A DNA stretch of 64,000 nt, taken from the NCBI GenBank assembly GCA_951406725.2, contig OX597838.1, positions 4,030,001 to 4,094,000 on the forward strand, read 5' to 3'. Below, one piece after another: positions 25,978 to 40,803 of this stretch; the stretch's first letter is position 1; each line of letters starts with the position of its first letter. Source of the stretch: Octopus vulgaris. Lineage: Eukaryota. The position numbers and the translations under genes are program-made. Under the pieces are notes generated by a model that worked only from the letters and a program-made list of their open reading frames with translations, searched no databases and had not been told where the DNA came from.

Positions 25978-26553
25978 CAGGGTGCGGTGGGTAAATTGTC
26001 ACCATTTTATATTTTTAATTTCGCTCATGCGGATTGCTTGCTTTTGATTTTGTCGACTACACAGTATAGCAGGGTCAGTTGGGCACCGTTTGTGAGAAAA
26101 ATAGCACCATGATGCAATTCACTCTGCCAGAAATTTGGAAACGACGTACTGTACTGCTTGGCATTCGTACCCAAAGCTCCAATACGAACAGATGGTGGAC
26201 ACACAGAACAACCGTTGGCTTGCCGTGCCCCCAAAACATGTACCGAGAGTGATGAAAATCAAACACCCAGTCAACACCATGGTGTTTAGAGTGATCACTA
26301 GTGATGGCGACATTATAGCTCCATTCATCTTCCCACACGGCCACAGACTCAACACGGAGGCCTACATCAAGTGCCTGGAGGAGGTAGTACTGCCCTGGAT
26401 GAAGAAGGTGGCTGCTGGAAAACCCTGTGTCTGGCAACAGGACTCTGCACCATGCCACACAAGCAGGAGAACCCAGTCATGGTTGTCAGACAATTTCCGC
26501 GACCACATCACCCCTAACATCTGACCACCCAACTCTCCAGACAGCAACCCTCT
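25978..26553 (+). mobile_element. Tc1/mariner superfamily relic, DD37D (maT)-like
   Basis: TA then CAGGGTGCGG end. Transposase fragment ...WQQDSAPCHTSRRTQSWLSDNFRDHITPNI*PPNSPDSNPL has 37 residues after the second Asp. The third Asp is truncated. Confidence 0.75.
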
Positions 26554-28213
26554 GCGAGCCGGATGTAGTAATTAACATTATTTTACGTTCATTCCTGAAA
26601 CAAAAACTTTATCAATGGAATTTGATTATCAACAACGATAGCTTTTACATATTGAACTTTATAAAAGTCTTGCATATTTTTACTGTTCCACTTGCAGATT
26701 GCATTTGTAAAGTTCGAGTTAGCCGGTCTTTTTCTTTCCTTGGAAACCCAAGCTTTGGGGTTAGACATTTACTAAGATAACTGAGTGCACCAACAATTAT
26801 GTGTGCAAATATGGATTTGTGAAGGCGCGTGGCTCAGTGGTTAGAGAATCAGATTTACAATCATGTGGCTGTAAGTTCGATTCCTGGACTGGGTTGTGTG
26901 TTGTGTTCTTGAACAAGACATTCTATTTCACATTGCTCCAGTTCACTGAGCTGTAGAAAGGAGTTGCGACGTCACAAGTGCCAAGCTGTATCGGCCCCTT
27001 TGTCTTTCCCTTGGATAAAATCGGTGCCGTGTAGAGGGGAGGTTGGTATGCATGGGTGACTGCTGCTCTTCCGTAAGCAACCTTTCCCGGACTTGTGCTT
27101 CGAAGGCTAACTTTCTAGGTGCAATCCCGTGGTCATACATGATCGAAGGAGGTCTTTCCCCCTTTAAATATGGTTTTAGAGTCAGGGCAAAGGACCTGCA
27201 GGTTTCGAAGTAGCTATCCATAAATATTCTCCATCTCGCGAATTTTGTAAAAGGTGTTCACATCTTCGGTGCAGCTGTTTGTCTGTCTGTATGTCTGTAT
27301 GTATGTATGCATGTATGTATGTATGTATGCATGTATGTATGTATGCATGTATGTATGTATGTATGTATGTATGTATGTATGCATGTATGTATGTATGTAT
27401 GTATGTAGGTATGTATGTCTGTCTGCATGCATGCATGCATTCATGTATGTGTGAATGTATGTTTGTGCGCCTGTATGTGTGTGTATGTGTGTGTGTGTGT
27501 GTGTGTACAAATATATGTATATGTGTGTATGTACGAATACAAAATAGCATTCCTTTCAAATGTATTTACATTGAAGACAACACAGCAGCATTCGAATTTA
27601 AAATGTTTTTAACAACAATAATTTTTCGTATTTTTTCTTCTTTTTTATTCATATTTTCATATTTGAACTCCAGTCGAACTTGAGTAAAACTCCGGAAGAA
27701 CTATGACGTCACATATTTGTTTTCGTCTGATGTCGGAAGTAAATACGTAAACAAAAATAATAAAACAAATATATTGCTATAAAAACTTTTCTCTTTTTTT
27801 CTTTTCAAACAAAAAGAATTGTCGGAATATCAAAAGATGTTTTCGTGACTGAAGAACAGTGGAAATGAGATCTCAAACAAAAGAAATTTTGTCGTGAATT
27901 TTCGAAGAACCGACATGATTTTGTCTCCTTCCGTTACGATGTCTTACCGAGAAGTCCCCCTATTATAATTCTTCTCGGATCTAGATATGAATATTAAATT
28001 GATAGAAATATTTGACTGAGAATTTATTCTGGCACACCCAGAAGAATGAACAGCCAAGTTAAACTGCGACAAGATTTGATCATGGAAGTTAAAAGCCGTA
28101 AAAGAATACCGCAGGCATTTTGTCCGGCATTTTAAGTATTCCGCCATTCAACTGAACTATAGGTTAACAATAAAAATAATAATAATAATAATAATAACAA
28201 TAATAATAATAAC

Positions 28214-28272
<59 letters not shown>

Positions 28273-29202
28273 TGATGATTATAAATATATGTATCTATAT
28301 CTGTCTTTGTGTCTGTGTTTGTCCCCCACCTTCGCTTGACAATCGATATTGGTTCATTTACGACCTCATAACCTAACAGTTCGGCAAAATTAACCGATAA
28401 AATAAATACCAGACTTCAAAAATGCGTAAGTACCGGCATCGTTTTGTTCGACATAACCCTTTGATGAGGTGCTCCAGCATGGCCGCTATCCAATGACTGC
28501 AAAAGAAAGAAAAGTTAAAAGATATATCTTTTGTTTTTTACTTGTTTCAGTCATTAAACTACGGCCATACTGGGGCATCGTCCTGAAGAATTTTAGTCAA
28601 ACGAAACGAACCCTGATATTTATTTTATCAGTCCCATTTGCCGAGCCGCTAGCTCACGCGGATGTAAACACACCAGCATCGGTTGTCAAGCTGCGGTGTT
28701 GGGGAGGGGCGAACATAGACACACGCATACACATTCTTTTATTCTTTTATTTATTTCAGTCATTTGACTGCGGCCATGCTGGAGCACGACCTTTAGTTGA
28801 ACAAATCGCCCCTAGGACTTATTCTTTGTAAGCCTTGTACTTATTGTATCGGTGTCTTTTGACGAGCCGCTATGTTATGAGGACGTAAACACACCAATAT
28901 CGATTGTCAAGTGATGTTGGGGGGATAAACACAGACACACAAACACATACACATACATACATACATTTATACATACATACATACATACATACATACACAC
29001 ATACATACATACATACATACATACAAACAAACATAGATACATAAATATGTTATAATCGAGGATAAAAGCAAGTAGCTAGCATGTAAAAAACCATTTAGGT
29101 AAAAAAAAATAATACAAAAAGGTCGTTTTAGAGGCATCTGGCGTCTTCTAGCATGTGGCATTACTCGGTAGTTGCACTTATAATTTTATAATTATATATA
29201 TG

Positions 29203-29256
<54 letters not shown>

Positions 29257-29321
29257 GTATGTATATGCATCTATGTATATGTATATATATATATATGTAT
29301 ATATACATATATACATGTATA

Positions 29322-29355
<34 letters not shown>

Positions 29356-29396
29356 CATATATGTATGTATATGTATATATATATATATGTATATGT

Positions 29397-29459
<63 letters not shown>

Positions 29460-30591
29460 CATACATACATATATATATGTACAATACAAGGTTTTCAATG
29501 AAAAATAATTACACCGGAAATATTCGGTCCGGAAAATATTTTAAGGGATTTGCGTCAATATTGTATATGGGACACACAGACACAAACACACACACATATG
29601 TATACGTATGTAGATACACGTATACACACAGGGACATACACACGTACACACATACACATATACACACGTACAAACACATTCACATGTACTCACACATACA
29701 CATACACACAATTACACACGCGTTCACATTAATACATACACGCATGCACTCACACATTCAGATGTATTCACACATACACATACATACAATTACACACGCG
29801 TACACTCACACATTCATATGTACACACACACACATACATACAATTACACCTGTGTACACATTAGTACATACACACACGCTTACACACACATACACACAAA
29901 CACGCATACACTCGAACACATACACACACATACACGCAAATGCATACATACAAACGTACACATGTACATATACATACACACTAGCATGACACCTACACAC
30001 AATTACATACACACGTGCACACATAAACGCACACGTACACACACACGTACACACATAACTCAAATATACACGGAAACAACATTACTTTAAATAAAGAAAT
30101 AAATTATAAGTGAATGGGGCCAAGGACTTCCGGTTTACAAATATTTAAGGGACAAAAAAATTCCATTCGTTTAAACAAAGCGGAACGCTGTCAAAATAGA
30201 TTGTTCCCATGTAGGACCCTAAAGACTCACCAGACCAGAACTTATAACTAAATCGCAAAAATGCCAAAAACAAAATAATAGGAATCGATACTTTAGTTGT
30301 ACCAGCAATAAAGTTTAGTTGTAACCTCTCAACTGTAAATTACGAGAATTTTTCATGGCGGAAATATAATGAGCTTTTGTACTGTAGACACAAGAGCTGA
30401 AATTTCGGAGAAGTGGGTACTTGATTGTATCGATCTCTGTGCTGCTAAGCCGGTACTTATTTTATCGACCCCGAAGGGATGACAGGCAAAGTTGACCTCG
30501 GCGACGTTTGAACTCGGAATGTAAAAGTCAAATGAGTCTTGTGGAACCCACTTCAAAGTGATGTAGGAAAAAGAAAAAGTCGTTACAATTA

Positions 30592-30856
30592 TTGGGTTGT
30601 CCGGAAAGTTCGTGCCGATTTTTAAAGGAAAGAAAAAGGTCAATAAATACTTGCCATTACATTTTTAATCAACCAAATATGAACCGTTTTGTTGCACAAT
30701 GCGTCTCCATCTTTCCTTTAACTTGAAAATACCCTCATCCCAGAACTGAGGTGGTTTCATGGCAAAGAATTCGTCAAAGTATCTTTTTACGTCATCCAAG
30801 GAATTGAAATTTTTACCATTAAGACTATTCTGTAGAGACCTGAATAAGTGGAAATC
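30592..30856 (-). mobile_element. mariner (DD34D-type) transposase 3' relic with TIR
   Basis: DFHLFRSLQNSLNGKNFNSLDDVKRYFDEFFAMKPPQFWDEGIFKLKERWRRIVQQNGSY. End reads TA-TTGGGTTGTCCGGAAAG. Confidence 0.8.
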
Positions 30857-31242
30857 GGTTTCTCTTCGATTCATATTTTGCCTTCTCTGCTGCCGTCCTC
30901 GTTCCGTTTTTAATGATTCGACCCTCTTTACCTCGTCGCTTATACCGCCTCATTCACTATCTCGTTAGCTTATATCGTCTGCCGTCCATCTTTTATAAGT
31001 AAATATCAATTTTCAAATAAGCAGACGAGAAATAACTGCGCTTATGCGCAAAAAATTTTTGCGAACCAGAGTTGGTCGCAATCTAAATTTAAACAAATAT
31101 GATGTTTACTTAAATAATTAAATGAAACACAGATACTTGTACATTAGTATAAATGATACAAGTTTATTAATACTGTACTGTACAAGGTACTAAAATGTTC
31201 TAAAGATACCAGTAAAGTAGTCTGGCTGCTATATGACTTTAA

Positions 31243-31462
31243 ACCTTTAGTATTTAATCCAGTCATATCCCGCCCAAATACTCTGTCCTATTTATGTTCA
31301 AACTGGCCGTATCTGGCCTTTCATACCTACCCTACAATATCATTCTTAAAATAGACAATCACATCACTGAAATCTCGAAGCTACGAGACAAATACATGAT
31401 TAATTCAAAACAATGTGGATAAATAAGAACATTACATTTGTCAAAATAATCTGAACGCTAAG
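31243..31462 (-). mobile_element. TTAA-type (piggyBac-like) MITE family copy (others 39364-39548, 43061-43545, 43547-43755)
   Basis: Family ends ccctttagcatt / aatgctaaagg next to TTAA-like sites. Shared body gtagggtaggtg..gaacataaaacagg. Confidence 0.55.
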
Positions 31463-32553
31463 TTTACGAGTTCGAACTCGTAAATAAGGGCGGATTCTAA
31501 GCGGTCCCGGGACATCAGTGTCCAGAGAGGAAGCGTTGTACCTGTTATTGAATTTATCCTCTGTTACTCTAATTCTTCAAGCAATAAGGTTAATTGCCCC
31601 TCACCACCACCACCACCACCAGATTCTTATGCGCATCCACAGATTCTTCGCCCTCGGTACTCAAAGATTCCGCTTCCTCCCCCACTCCCACCCCACCACC
31701 CCGTGCGCCTCTGTGGTCGTCGTCCGAACTGCAAGAAGGATCGACCCAAATCCTTCTAATCGCACACACTAACGTCGTTTTTCAGAAGAACATTGGACAG
31801 CACGTATATAGTTCGTTGTAGTAGTAGTAGTAGTAGTAGTAGTACTACTACTACTACCACTGGCGGTGTTTGACTCACAAAACTATGCGTTAACTAACAG
31901 TCACACTTCTGCCCCTCCTGGGACAGTTATGTCAGAGGGAATCAGTGGAAAATGACAAACAATATGAGACTGCTACAGGTCGTACTGCTACCTCTCCCCA
32001 TCAACACCACCATCATCATCATCATCATCATAACCATCATTATCATCATCATTGCACCACGCACCTCCATCACGATTGCCAAAACCAGCACCACCACTAT
32101 CACCGTCACCACCACCACCACCACCACCACTGCTACCACAAGTGAGATCCTTTCCATACCCATCACCACCAACATTACCAAGACCACCACCACCACTGCC
32201 ACCACCAAAGGCTTGCATTACACAACCCATCAGTCATAGGACAATCATTATTACCACCGCCACCACCACCACAACCAACCACCACCACAGTCACCAACTC
32301 AACCAACCACCGCCACCACCAGCGACACCTCTACGGGCCACACCATTCTTGGCATGTCGCCAGTCGGTTCTGTAACCAAAATGTCCCGGACAAGGAGTGA
32401 TTCACGTTGAGAAGGGGAACCATGAATCATTCTGGAAGGTTTCGGTCCCAAAGCTGGACCCTGACTCACGGGTGTTTGGCACATTTCGTAAGTACCCTGG
32501 GTGGCTGCCAACGCACATACAAACGTACATACATACATACATACATACATACA

Positions 32554-32587
<34 letters not shown>

Positions 32588-33267
32588 CATACATACATAC
32601 ATACATACACACACACATACATACATACATACAACCATACATACATGCATGCATGCATGCATACATGCATGAATACATACATACATACATGCATACATAC
32701 ATACAACCATACATACATACATACAACCATACATACATACATACAACCATACATACATACATACACACACACATACATACATACATACATACAACCATAC
32801 ATACATACATGCATGCATGCATACATACATACATACAACCATACATACATGCATGCATACATACAACCATACATACATTCATACATACAAGACACGCGTA
32901 CGTACGTACGTGCACAGACATGTAGATAAGCAGATAGATTCTCTCTCTCTCTCTCTCTTTGTTTTACTTGTTTCAGTCATTTGAGTGCGGCCATGCTGGA
33001 GCACCTCCTTTAGTCGAGCAAATCGACCCCCAGGACTTATTCTTTGTAAGTCTAGCACTTATTCTATCGATCTCTTTTGCCGAACCGCTAAGTTACAGGG
33101 ACACAAACACACCAGCATCGGTTGTCAAGCGATGTTGGGGGGACTTTGGTTGGCCCGAGGCTATAATAGAGGACACTTCCCCAAGGGTGCTATATGTACG
33201 TATATATATATACATATATATATGTATATATATATACATACATACACACATACATACACATATATGT

Positions 33268-33301
<34 letters not shown>

Positions 33302-34003
33302 TTACATACGTACATACATATATATATATATATACATACATATATATATATGTATATATATATATATGTATATATATATATACACACACACATACATATA
33401 TACATAAACATATTATACATATGTATACACACACTTACACACACACACTTGTATAGCCACCCATTTGACTGACAAACGGTTGTCCTTCTCTCTCTCTCTC
33501 ATTCTCCCTCTCTCCCTGAAGTTCTTCCACCCCAAAAAGCCCACCCCTACCTTTGGGTGTTGTTAAACCCGAATCTAACAACCTCCAGCTTTAATCATAT
33601 CAAAATAATGAGTCTCACTCGACTTCTTTTCCCATCAAACCATTACGGAACGCGAAACGCGTATTACCGACCTATATACATAAATATATGAGTGTGTGTG
33701 TGTGTGTATGTACATGTGTGTATAAGAGTTTGTCGTTGTATGTGTCTGTCTGTGAGAGAGGGAGAGAGAGAGAGAAAGTGTGTGTATTTATGTAAGTACT
33801 TATATGTGTATGAGAATGTGCGCATGTATGTGCGCATGTATGTGCGCGCGTGTGCGGGTATGTATATGTATGCAAATGTATGTATATGTATGTCATATAT
33901 ATATATATATACATATATACATGTATATAGGGAGAGAGAGAGAGAGAGAGACAGACAGATGTTGACAGATTTATAGACATAGATATACATGGATAAATAT
34001 ATT

Positions 34004-34048
<45 letters not shown>

Positions 34049-34545
34049 GCATTAACATAAACACACACACAAGCAAGCAACCAGACAGACAGACAGAGAA
34101 TAGGCGTAACCGGGATTTCGACTGAAGGGTCCACTGATTTTCTGAATGAACACCCAAATTAAAATAAATGCTAGATAATTATTGTTTGCCTGGGACTCAC
34201 GTCGAATCCTCTTCTACCCGGCTAAGGAGGCGGGGAGTATATTTATACATACGTATGTATGTATGTGTGTATGTATGTATGTAGTGTGTGTGTGTTTATG
34301 TGTTTGTCCCCCCGCAACATCGCTTGACAACCGATGCTGGTGTGTTTACGTCCCCGTAACTTAGCGGTTCGGCAAGAGAACCGATAGAATAAGTACTAGG
34401 CTTACAAAGAATAAGTCCTGGGGTCGATTTGCTCGACTAAAGGCGGTGCTCCAGTATGGCCGCAGTCAAATGACTGAAACAAGTAAAAGAGTATAGTTCT
34501 ATAAGGGCACTTGTAATATATGTCACCAGCATATTCGCCAGACAT

Positions 34546-34821
34546 TGCCCCACCTGATTATCATTTATTCTTCAAAATCATTTGGACGGAAAAAATGTGA
34601 ATTCTGTAGACGAGGTCAGAACAGTAGTGGAGGAGTATTTTTCGTCACGGACAAGTGAATTTTGGAAAAGGGGCCTTGCAAGAGCATTGTAGGAAATGAC
34701 TGAGTATTTTTTATTTTTATTTTATCTAGTTTCAGCTCACGAGCTGTGGCCATGCTGGGGTAAAGAACTTTGTTTATTTTAATTTTGAAAAATAAAAGAA
34801 GTATTTATGAGATGACCCGAT
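34546..34821 (+). mobile_element. mariner transposase relic (frameshifted)
   Basis: PAYSPDIAPPDYHLF..QNHLDGKNVNSVDEVRTVVEEYFSSRTSEFWKRGL matches the YSPDLAPxD motif. Confidence 0.7.
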
Positions 34822-35200
34822 ATCTGCACGTTTGTGTCTGCAGATATTTCTCAGAAACCAAGCTTGAAAGATAATTTACATCACTCACACACACACACAC
34901 GAACATGATATACATCTACTTACAACACACAACATACACCGATACACGCATGTGACACGCACGCACACAATAAACAGACGTCAAGATACAGGTGAGTCTC
35001 TATGGGGTCCTGCAATTAGAAAATGGGGTTCTTTTGAAATCCCTTCCTTTAAATCCCCAGAAGACCCCTCTAGTATTCAGTAGTGGAGAGATATCCCTTT
35101 CATCTACTGTCTCTGCTTTATCAGCATATTATCAGTAGACGTAACGACAGATTACGTGTGTGTGTGTGCATCTACGAATGGACATTCATACATACATACG

Positions 35201-35238
<38 letters not shown>

Positions 35239-35330
35239 AATGTACATATATATTACATAAGTATATATGCATACATTTACATATATATGTACATATATAT
35301 ATATATATATACATTTACATATATATGTAC

Positions 35331-35362
<32 letters not shown>

Positions 35363-35723
35363 CTACAATGTGTGTTTGTGTATGCATAAATATAGATATG
35401 CATACACATATATATACATATACATGTGTGTGTGTGTGTATATATATTGATGATATATATATGTATGTATATAGCCGAAATTGCGAGGATGATCTGGTCT
35501 TGACTGAAGATTAAAGGCTTCGAATGACCCATCCGTGTATTTTGTATTGTCTTCTGGATGTTTTGCATTCTTGTCCCATTTTGTATATATTTTCCATGTT
35601 AGCATGGGTTGGACGGTTCAACTGGGGTCTGGGAAGCCGGAAGGCTGCATCAGGCCCAGTCTGATCTGGCAATGTTTCTACAGCTGGATGTCCTTCCTAA
35701 CGCCCAAAAAAGTTGGGCTCGTC

Positions 35724-35797
<74 letters not shown>

Positions 35798-36758
35798 GAT
35801 TGTGTGGTTAAGAAGCTTACATCCCAACCATGTGGTTTGGGTTTCAGTCCCTCTGCGTGGCGCCTTGGTCAGATGTCTTCTAATATAGTCTCAGACTGAT
35901 CAAAGCTTTGTGAGATTTTGTTGATGGAAGATGCAAAAAAAAAGTGTGGGGGAGGAGCTCGGGGGTGGGGGGCATCTTTGTCTGGATGTCAGGGATGGTT
36001 GTAAATAAGCATCATTGTTATACAAGCAGTGTCGTTCATTTCCATTCTTTTATGGGAAAAAACCATCTGGCCAAAAGGAAATATTACCTTGCTTAGAAAC
36101 AAACAAGTGAAGAGTTGGTGACAGCAAAAGCATCCAGTTGTAGAAAGATTATCTCCTTATCCTAGGCGCAGGTGTGGCTGTGTGGTTAAGCAGCTTGCTT
36201 ACAAACCAGATGGTTCCGGGTTCAGTCCCACGACAATCTTCTTTCAGTTTCTGTCTACCAAATCCACTCACAAGGCTTTGGTCGGCCCGAGGATATAGTA
36301 GAAGACACTTGCCCAAGGTACCATGCAGTAGGACTGAACCCAGAACCATGTAGTTGGTAAGCAAGCTACTTACGACACAACCACTCCTGTGCCTATTGGT
36401 GCATCAGCCGAGTATCGAACCCAGACTGGCTGCTTGGGAGGCAACAATGCTAACCATTATTTTCAAAATAACTTCAAAGACAGATTATTTCAACAGAAAT
36501 ACAATAATAAAAAGGTTATTTTAATAAATTCTTCGTTATTTCCAAAATTAATTCAAACAAACACAACCTATTTCAACAGATATATGGTAAGAACAGGTGA
36601 CAAAGTTATTTCAGTAAATTCTTCGTTAATTTCCAAACAAAATCAGTGAATTTCAACAGAAATGTGGTAAGAAAAACATTTAGCTGACCAATCAGTGAAA
36701 GGAACCAATCAAATGACAAGTCAACACAGTTTTATACATAATTAAAGAAACAAAAGTT

Positions 36759-36764
36759 TTTATT
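36759..36764 (-). terminator. Probable PSMD9 polyadenylation signal AATAAA
   Basis: AATAAA on the minus strand about 50 nt after the PSMD9 stop codon. Confidence 0.5.
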
Positions 36765-36812
36765 GTTGGTATGGCAAATACAAAGTCTTGATCGAGTCAC
36801 TGGCAAAGGTAG

Positions 36813-36834
36813 TTATAGAGGTACAATATTACAC
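36813..36834 (-). CDS. PSMD9: PSMD9 coding exon 6 (G-CNIVPL*)
   Basis: Acceptor tttgcag, phase 2 completes Gly, and the end matches the conserved GCNIIPL C-terminus. Confidence 0.9.
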
Positions 36835-37548
36835 CTGCAAAGAGAAACAAATAATAATAACAATAACAATAATGATGATGATGATAATGGTTTCAAATTT
36901 TGCCACAAGGGCAGCAATTTGGAGGGGAGGGGTGAGTTGATTACATTGACCACCAGTATTCAACTGGTACTTATTTTATTGACCCTCATCCCCCAAAGGA
37001 TGAAAGGAAAAGATTACCTTGGAGGAATTTGAACTCAGAACATAGCGACGGATGAAATACCTATTTCTTTACTACCCACAAGGGGTTAAACACAGAGAGG
37101 ACAAACAAGGACAGACAAACGGATTAAGTCAGTTATATTGACCTCAGTGCATGACTGGTACTTATTTAATCGACCCCGAAAGGATGAAAGGCAAAGTCGA
37201 CCTCAGCGCTATTTGAACTCAGAACGTAGCAGCAGACAAAATACCACAAAGCATTTCGCCCGATGTGCTAACGGTTCTGCCAGCTCACCACCTTTATAAT
37301 AATAATAATAATAATAATAGTAATAATAATAGTAATAATAATCTTTTCTTAACCGCATATAAATGCCTGTGCCTATTACAATGAAGGCAGAGAGCTGGCA
37401 GAAACGTTAGCACGCTGGACGAAATGCTTAGTGGTATTTCATCTGCCGTTATGTTCTGAGTTAAAATTCCACCAAGGGGAGGGAGGATGATGATGATGAT
37501 GACGGTGGTGCCAGAGACTGCTTGTCTGTGACTGTTGTTCTAACTTAC

Positions 37549-37637
37549 CCTAGAAATCCTTGACCACTCCATTTCTGGGGCACCAACGTTAACCGTTGTT
37601 CTTTACCATCACGCAGCACTGTCACAGAAATGGATTT
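37549..37637 (-). CDS. PSMD9: PSMD9 coding exon 5
   Basis: KSISVTVLRDGKEQRLTLVPQKWSGQGFLG (end of PDZ domain), AG/GTAAGT boundaries. Confidence 0.93.
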
Positions 37638-38093
37638 CTGAAAGAATCAGAATGGTTTCTTTGATTATCCATAAATTCAGTCAATACACACACACACACA
37701 CACACAGAATGGCTCTAACAACAAAATACATTCACATATGCATACACACACAGACATAACAACAAATTATACATATACACACACCCAATCTCTCCCTGTC
37801 CCTCTCTCTATCAAATACACACACAAACTGCTAACAGCAAAAATACATGCTATCTTTCTCTTACACACAAACACACACACACAGACTCCCAAACAAGCTA
37901 AACAACAAATATGCATACAAACACAAACACACAAACACACATAAAGACAATACTTTTGTAACAGATACACTCTTTCCATAAATATTTTCACATACACATA
38001 AACAGATACTAAAATACACACACACACACATACTGACACAATATCTATTCCGCAAATAGACACACACACACAATGGTTGCTGGTTTAACTTAC

Positions 38094-38195
38094 GTCTATA
38101 CTGTGCTGAACAACTTTTGCAACATCTTGTAGTGTCTTGAAGTTGGTGCGTGAGATGGAACCAAACCGGAGGACTTGATCCCCAACACGTAAGCT
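38094..38195 (-). CDS. PSMD9: PSMD9 coding exon 4
   Basis: SLRVGDQVLRFGSISRTNFKTLQDVAKVVQHSID, tag/GTAAGT boundaries, 102 nt. Confidence 0.93.
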
Positions 38196-38740
38196 CTATA
38201 AAATAGATACTCAGGTTCGTTAATCATTTAACAAATTAACTCAAGCAATCAATTTTTTTTTTTAATTAAAGGCACACTAAGCGGTGATGATTAACCCTTT
38301 TACTACAGAAATCAGATATATTTACTCAAAATTTCATTACCCTTAATTGTAGAAAGCAGTTTTATATACCAAATCTATCTTTTGTTGAAGAATGTCAAGT
38401 CCGAAACCATTTTCTGCTCAGAGGCAACAGGACTTGCAGAAAATACCATTTCCATTTTTGATATTTCAAATCATTTCTGGAATATCTAGGAAATTTAATT
38501 TTGCAGCGAAATGTTTAAAATTAATTAATTACAATATACAGAGAATAAGGATTGTCATCAGCATCGTAATTAGCTTCGTTAGTGTAATCATCCTCATCAT
38601 CGTTGCTATCATTGGTTGACCTTTTTCTCTGTGGAAATCAGATATATATCTACTCATCTACTCGAAAAGAAGTTTTGTAAACCAGTCTATTGAGGAATGT
38701 TGTATTTGAAACTACTTCTCTCTGGAGATATGGAAACTTG

Positions 38741-38820
38741 TTGAGAAAAGGGAAGTTTATTGAGACAAGGGAAGTTTATTGAGACAAGGGAAGTTTATTG
38801 AGAAATGGGAAGTTTATTGA
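38741..38820 (+). repeat. 19-bp minisatellite, about 4 copies
   Basis: Unit ttgagacaagggaagttta. Confidence 0.9.
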
Positions 38821-38964
38821 TTTACAGAAAATACCAATGCTGTTTTTGGTAGCTATTTAACATCATTATCAGAAGCTCTATGAAATTTAATTCCACAGTT
38901 GAAGGGTTCAAAGAAAGTTGTGTACAGTTATATATAACACATCTGTGCTATACATTATCAAATG

Positions 38965-39350
38965 TGGAGGCGCAATGGCCCAGTGGTTAGGGCAGCGGAC
39001 TCGTGGTTATAGGATCGCGGTTTCAATTCCCAGACCGGGTGTTGTGAGTGTTTATTGAGCGAAAACACCTAAAGCTCCACGAGGCTCCGGCAGGGGATGG
39101 TGGTGATCCCTGCTGTACTCTTTCACCACAACTTTCTCTCACTCTTACTTCCTGTTTCTGTTGTATCTGTATTTCAAAGGGCCGGCCTTGTCACTCTCTG
39201 TGTCACGCTGAATATCCCCGAGAACTACGTTAACGGTACACGTGTCTGTAGAGTGCTCAGCCACTTACACGTTAATTTCACGAGCAGGCTGTTCCGTTGA
39301 TTCGGATCAACCGGAACCCTCGTCGTCGTAACCGACGGAGTGCTTCCACC
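38965..39350 (+). mobile_element. Full-length tRNA-derived SINE with 13-bp TSD
   Basis: TSD ACATTATCAAATG at 38952-38964 and 39351-39363. A-box TGGCCCAGTGG, B-box-like GTTTCAATTC. Related copy at ~51780-51947 (-). Confidence 0.85.
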
Positions 39351-40612
39351 ACATTATCAAATGCTTATTCACATTGTTTTGAATTAATTGGGTATTATCT
39401 TGTACCTTTGAGATTTCAATTATGTGACTATATATTTTTTAGACTAACGTTGTAGGGTAGGTGTGAAAGACTGGATCTAGTCAGTTTGAACATAAAACGG
39501 GAAGAATATTTTGACCAGATATGGTCAGTTTAAATGCTAAAGGATTAATTTTTTCAAAACTTGTCCTATGAAATTGAAGAATTTCTGAATATTTTCAACT
39601 GTGAAAGTCTGCACTCACGCAATTAGCCATTCTTTATTTCATTGTTCGTTAAGGCGGCGAGCTAGCAGAATCATTAGCATGCCAGGCAAAATGCTTAGCG
39701 GTATTTCATCTGTCCTTATGTTCTGAGTTCAAATTCCACCGAGGTTGACTTTGCTTTTCATCCTTTTGGGGTCGATAAATTAAGTACCAGTGAAACACTG
39801 GGGGGTCGATGTGATCGACTCGTTCCCATCCCCACAAATTCCAGGCCTTGTGCCTTTCGTTGAAAGGATTATCTTATTGTTTGTGGTTAATTAGCAGAAA
39901 AGAGGACAATGCCTAGGGTTTGTCCTTGTGCTTCTGGTGTTGTCGACAGGATTATACATAAAACACAAAAACCAGCTGATAAGATTTCTCAAATGTCTAT
40001 TCTAGCTACATCATGGGGCATTGGCATCTCGAGTTTTAAGATTTATACATAATGACTAAGGACCAAAATATCTGGCACACTGTTGTAACTCAAGAGGACC
40101 CACCCACCACTGCAGAATTGATGCCAGTGCTGGTGCCACATTAAAAGCACCCAGTACACTCCATGTGTTGGTTGGTATTAGGAAGGGCATTGAGCCATAG
40201 AAACCATACCAGAAGAGACAACAGAGCCAGGTGTGGCCCCTGGCCTTACCACTTCCGGTCAAACCATCCAACCCATGCCAGCATGGAAAATGGACATTAA
40301 ATGATGATGTGCACACTTCTCGGTGCCATAACTAGAACTTGTACCATCAAGAACAATCCTTGATTTTTGTTTCTCCACTCTCCAAAAAACACAACATAAC
40401 ATATACAAAGCACTACCCCACCAAAAAATATTACAAGGAGCAGACCACCCCCTCGGTCTCCCCCCAGGTCCCATTTTAGCTCCACTCATGACCTTTCTCC
40501 ATTGTCCCCCATATTCCATCACCCTACACACTCACAAAACTGAGAGACTCCTAGACGTTAGTGAATGACAGCAATTTTACTGAAGATGAACAAAATCAGA
40601 GCCAACACTTAC

Positions 40613-40803
40613 GGCAGTAAATGCAGGTGACCCGTGGTCAACTCGGTCTATTTTGGCAAAAGGCTGGAGAATTGGAGCTGAAACTTTGATGCTGGTGTCC
40701 GCTTCTTGAATCTGGCTCCCCTTTTCTTCTCGAGCTTTCGCATGGATTCTATGTAATTCTTCTTCAATTTCTTTCATCACAGCCTTATGATCGTTCTGAA
40801 GAC
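40613..40803 (-). CDS. PSMD9: PSMD9 coding exon 3
   Basis: C-LQNDHKAVMKEIEEELHRIHA...PFAKIDRVDHGSPAFTA, cag/GTAAGT boundaries. Confidence 0.95.

Noticed and set aside
32415-32505. Minus-strand GUGAGUCA-G-GGUCC-loop-GGACC-GAAACC, resembling a G3-C8 hammerhead
   Set aside because: The core has an extra base, and no stem I forms with a valid NUH triplet in any permutation I could build.
33605-33668. GAAACGCGUA (Penelope-like stem III palindrome)
   Set aside because: No intact CUGANGA core or stem II upstream.
38965-39040. tRNA-like sequences here and in other SINE heads
   Set aside because: The acceptor stems do not pair and they continue into SINE bodies, so they are not tRNA genes.
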